Assembly (NCBI GenBank): GCA_010909165.1
Contig: MU008188.1
Span: 1-64,000, forward strand
From: Anthoceros angustus
Lineage: Eukaryota > Plantae > Anthocerotophyta
Length of the DNA stretch: 64,000 nt
Reading direction: 5' to 3'
A program made the translations under genes and the position numbers. Positions within the stretch are counted from its first letter, which is position 1. Each line of letters opens with the position of its first letter. Positions 62,921 through 64,000 of the stretch are shown here, piece by piece. Under the pieces are notes generated by a model, which saw only the letters and a program-made list of their open reading frames with translations, was not told the origin of the DNA and searched no databases.

Positions 62921-63816
62921 TGTGGCGCGACCGAGGACCAGGCGCACAATCCCGTGTGGTTGTAGCAAAGGGTCCGTTCCCGAGAGAATGATAGGCTCCG
63001 TTTGGCACGTTTTCAACCGATTCTCACCTCAACGTAGTGACCATTCGGACTCAAGCGCGCGCGTCCGCAGTTTTACGAATAACTACTCTCACGTTCACCA
63101 AACAGGCCCGGTGTGGCCAAATGTTTAAGGACTCGTTCGCGTCCGTATCCTATCAATTCGTTCCTTGTTCGTCTAATCCGTTCTCCTCGCCTCTCTCTCT
63201 ACACTCACCATTCTTTGGAAAAGAGTGGGTGGGCTGCGGGTCGGATCTCTTAAAATGCGTTATCTTGGTCTCCGTCCGGGCTCTACACGCCTCCGGAGTT
63301 CCTTGACTCGCCATCGTCGTTCCCACCGTCGGTCCTTTGCCTGGAAGGCGAGGTCTTTGATCGCCCACCCACGCACACACCACCACACGTTAGGGCCCGT
63401 CACGGGACCTTGATCAATCGCTCCGGTCATGCACGCCTCGATGACTCGGGACTCACGTTGCAAAAGACGACAAGGGTCTACAAGGAAAGCAGCGGTATCC
63501 ACCCCAAGAAAAAGATGCTTTACTAGAGCAGCCGCCCCTCTTATACTACATCGAGCGGCTTTATTACACTCCTATTACATTTTGTTGCCCCATTCGATTA
63601 ATATAATCGACCGCCTACTACCTCCCCCTCTTCCGCCTATCTCCTTCGCCTGCGGCGGCTGAGGAGTGCTCTTGGTTCTGCCTTGGCACTGGTGGCCCAA
63701 TCCTCGGCCACGGCAGTTCAGGCACCTAATCGGATGATCCGGCGGCGGCCCTTCCCTTCGAGACACAGCCGAGGTTCGGCTCACGGTGGCGGTTTGACAA
63801 CGCGGTAACCACCACA
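62921..63816 (-). repeat. Family D LTR copy 3 (inverted)
   Basis: Reverse complement is homologous to 60791-61664. PPT at 63817-63827 and gag directly downstream. Confidence 0.8.
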
Positions 63817-64000
63817 TCCTCCTCTCCACTGCCCCCAGTGGGTCCACCGCCTGGGACCACCAGGAGTGTTGCTCACTTTGCAAGTCGGTGGTAGTCCCCT
63901 CACCTCCCGAGTCCGGGACCGGGTCCACTGGGCACTGGGGTCCGATCCTCGGGGTTGGCCTTATTTGAGTCCGGACCTGTGGTCCGTCTGAGGTTCGGAC

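Noticed and set aside
1-64000. Interpreting frameshifts and LTR divergence as age or pseudogenisation
   Set aside because: The indel-dominated differences look like long-read error, so the elements may be younger and more intact than they appear.

Overview
This window is not prokaryotic DNA, apart from about 184 bp of a bacterial-type nuoB at the very start. It is a nest of plant/streptophyte-type LTR retrotransposons. It holds three Ty1/Copia elements (1656-7904, 9911-16734, 26270-46101), an Athila/Tat-like Ty3/Gypsy family with tRNA-Asp primer sites and about 5.15 kb LTRs (best copy 31121-45227), and a second Gypsy-like family with about 0.85 kb LTRs and a coiled-coil extra ORF (46100-51750, 60760-64000). 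The most notable element is a Gypsy at 51754-60758 (minus strand). Its polyprotein carries a C5-cytosine DNA methyltransferase domain between protease and RT, a PHD finger after integrase and a possible second SAM-binding domain, and its LTRs are circularly permuted (A...B-A-B). Sequence quality is poor: almost every ORF is frameshifted, and about 11-26 kb looks like a mosaic of repeat segments joined at microhomologies, probably an error-correction or assembly artefact. All protein calls come from manual motif reading across frames and coordinates are approximate. No database search was run.
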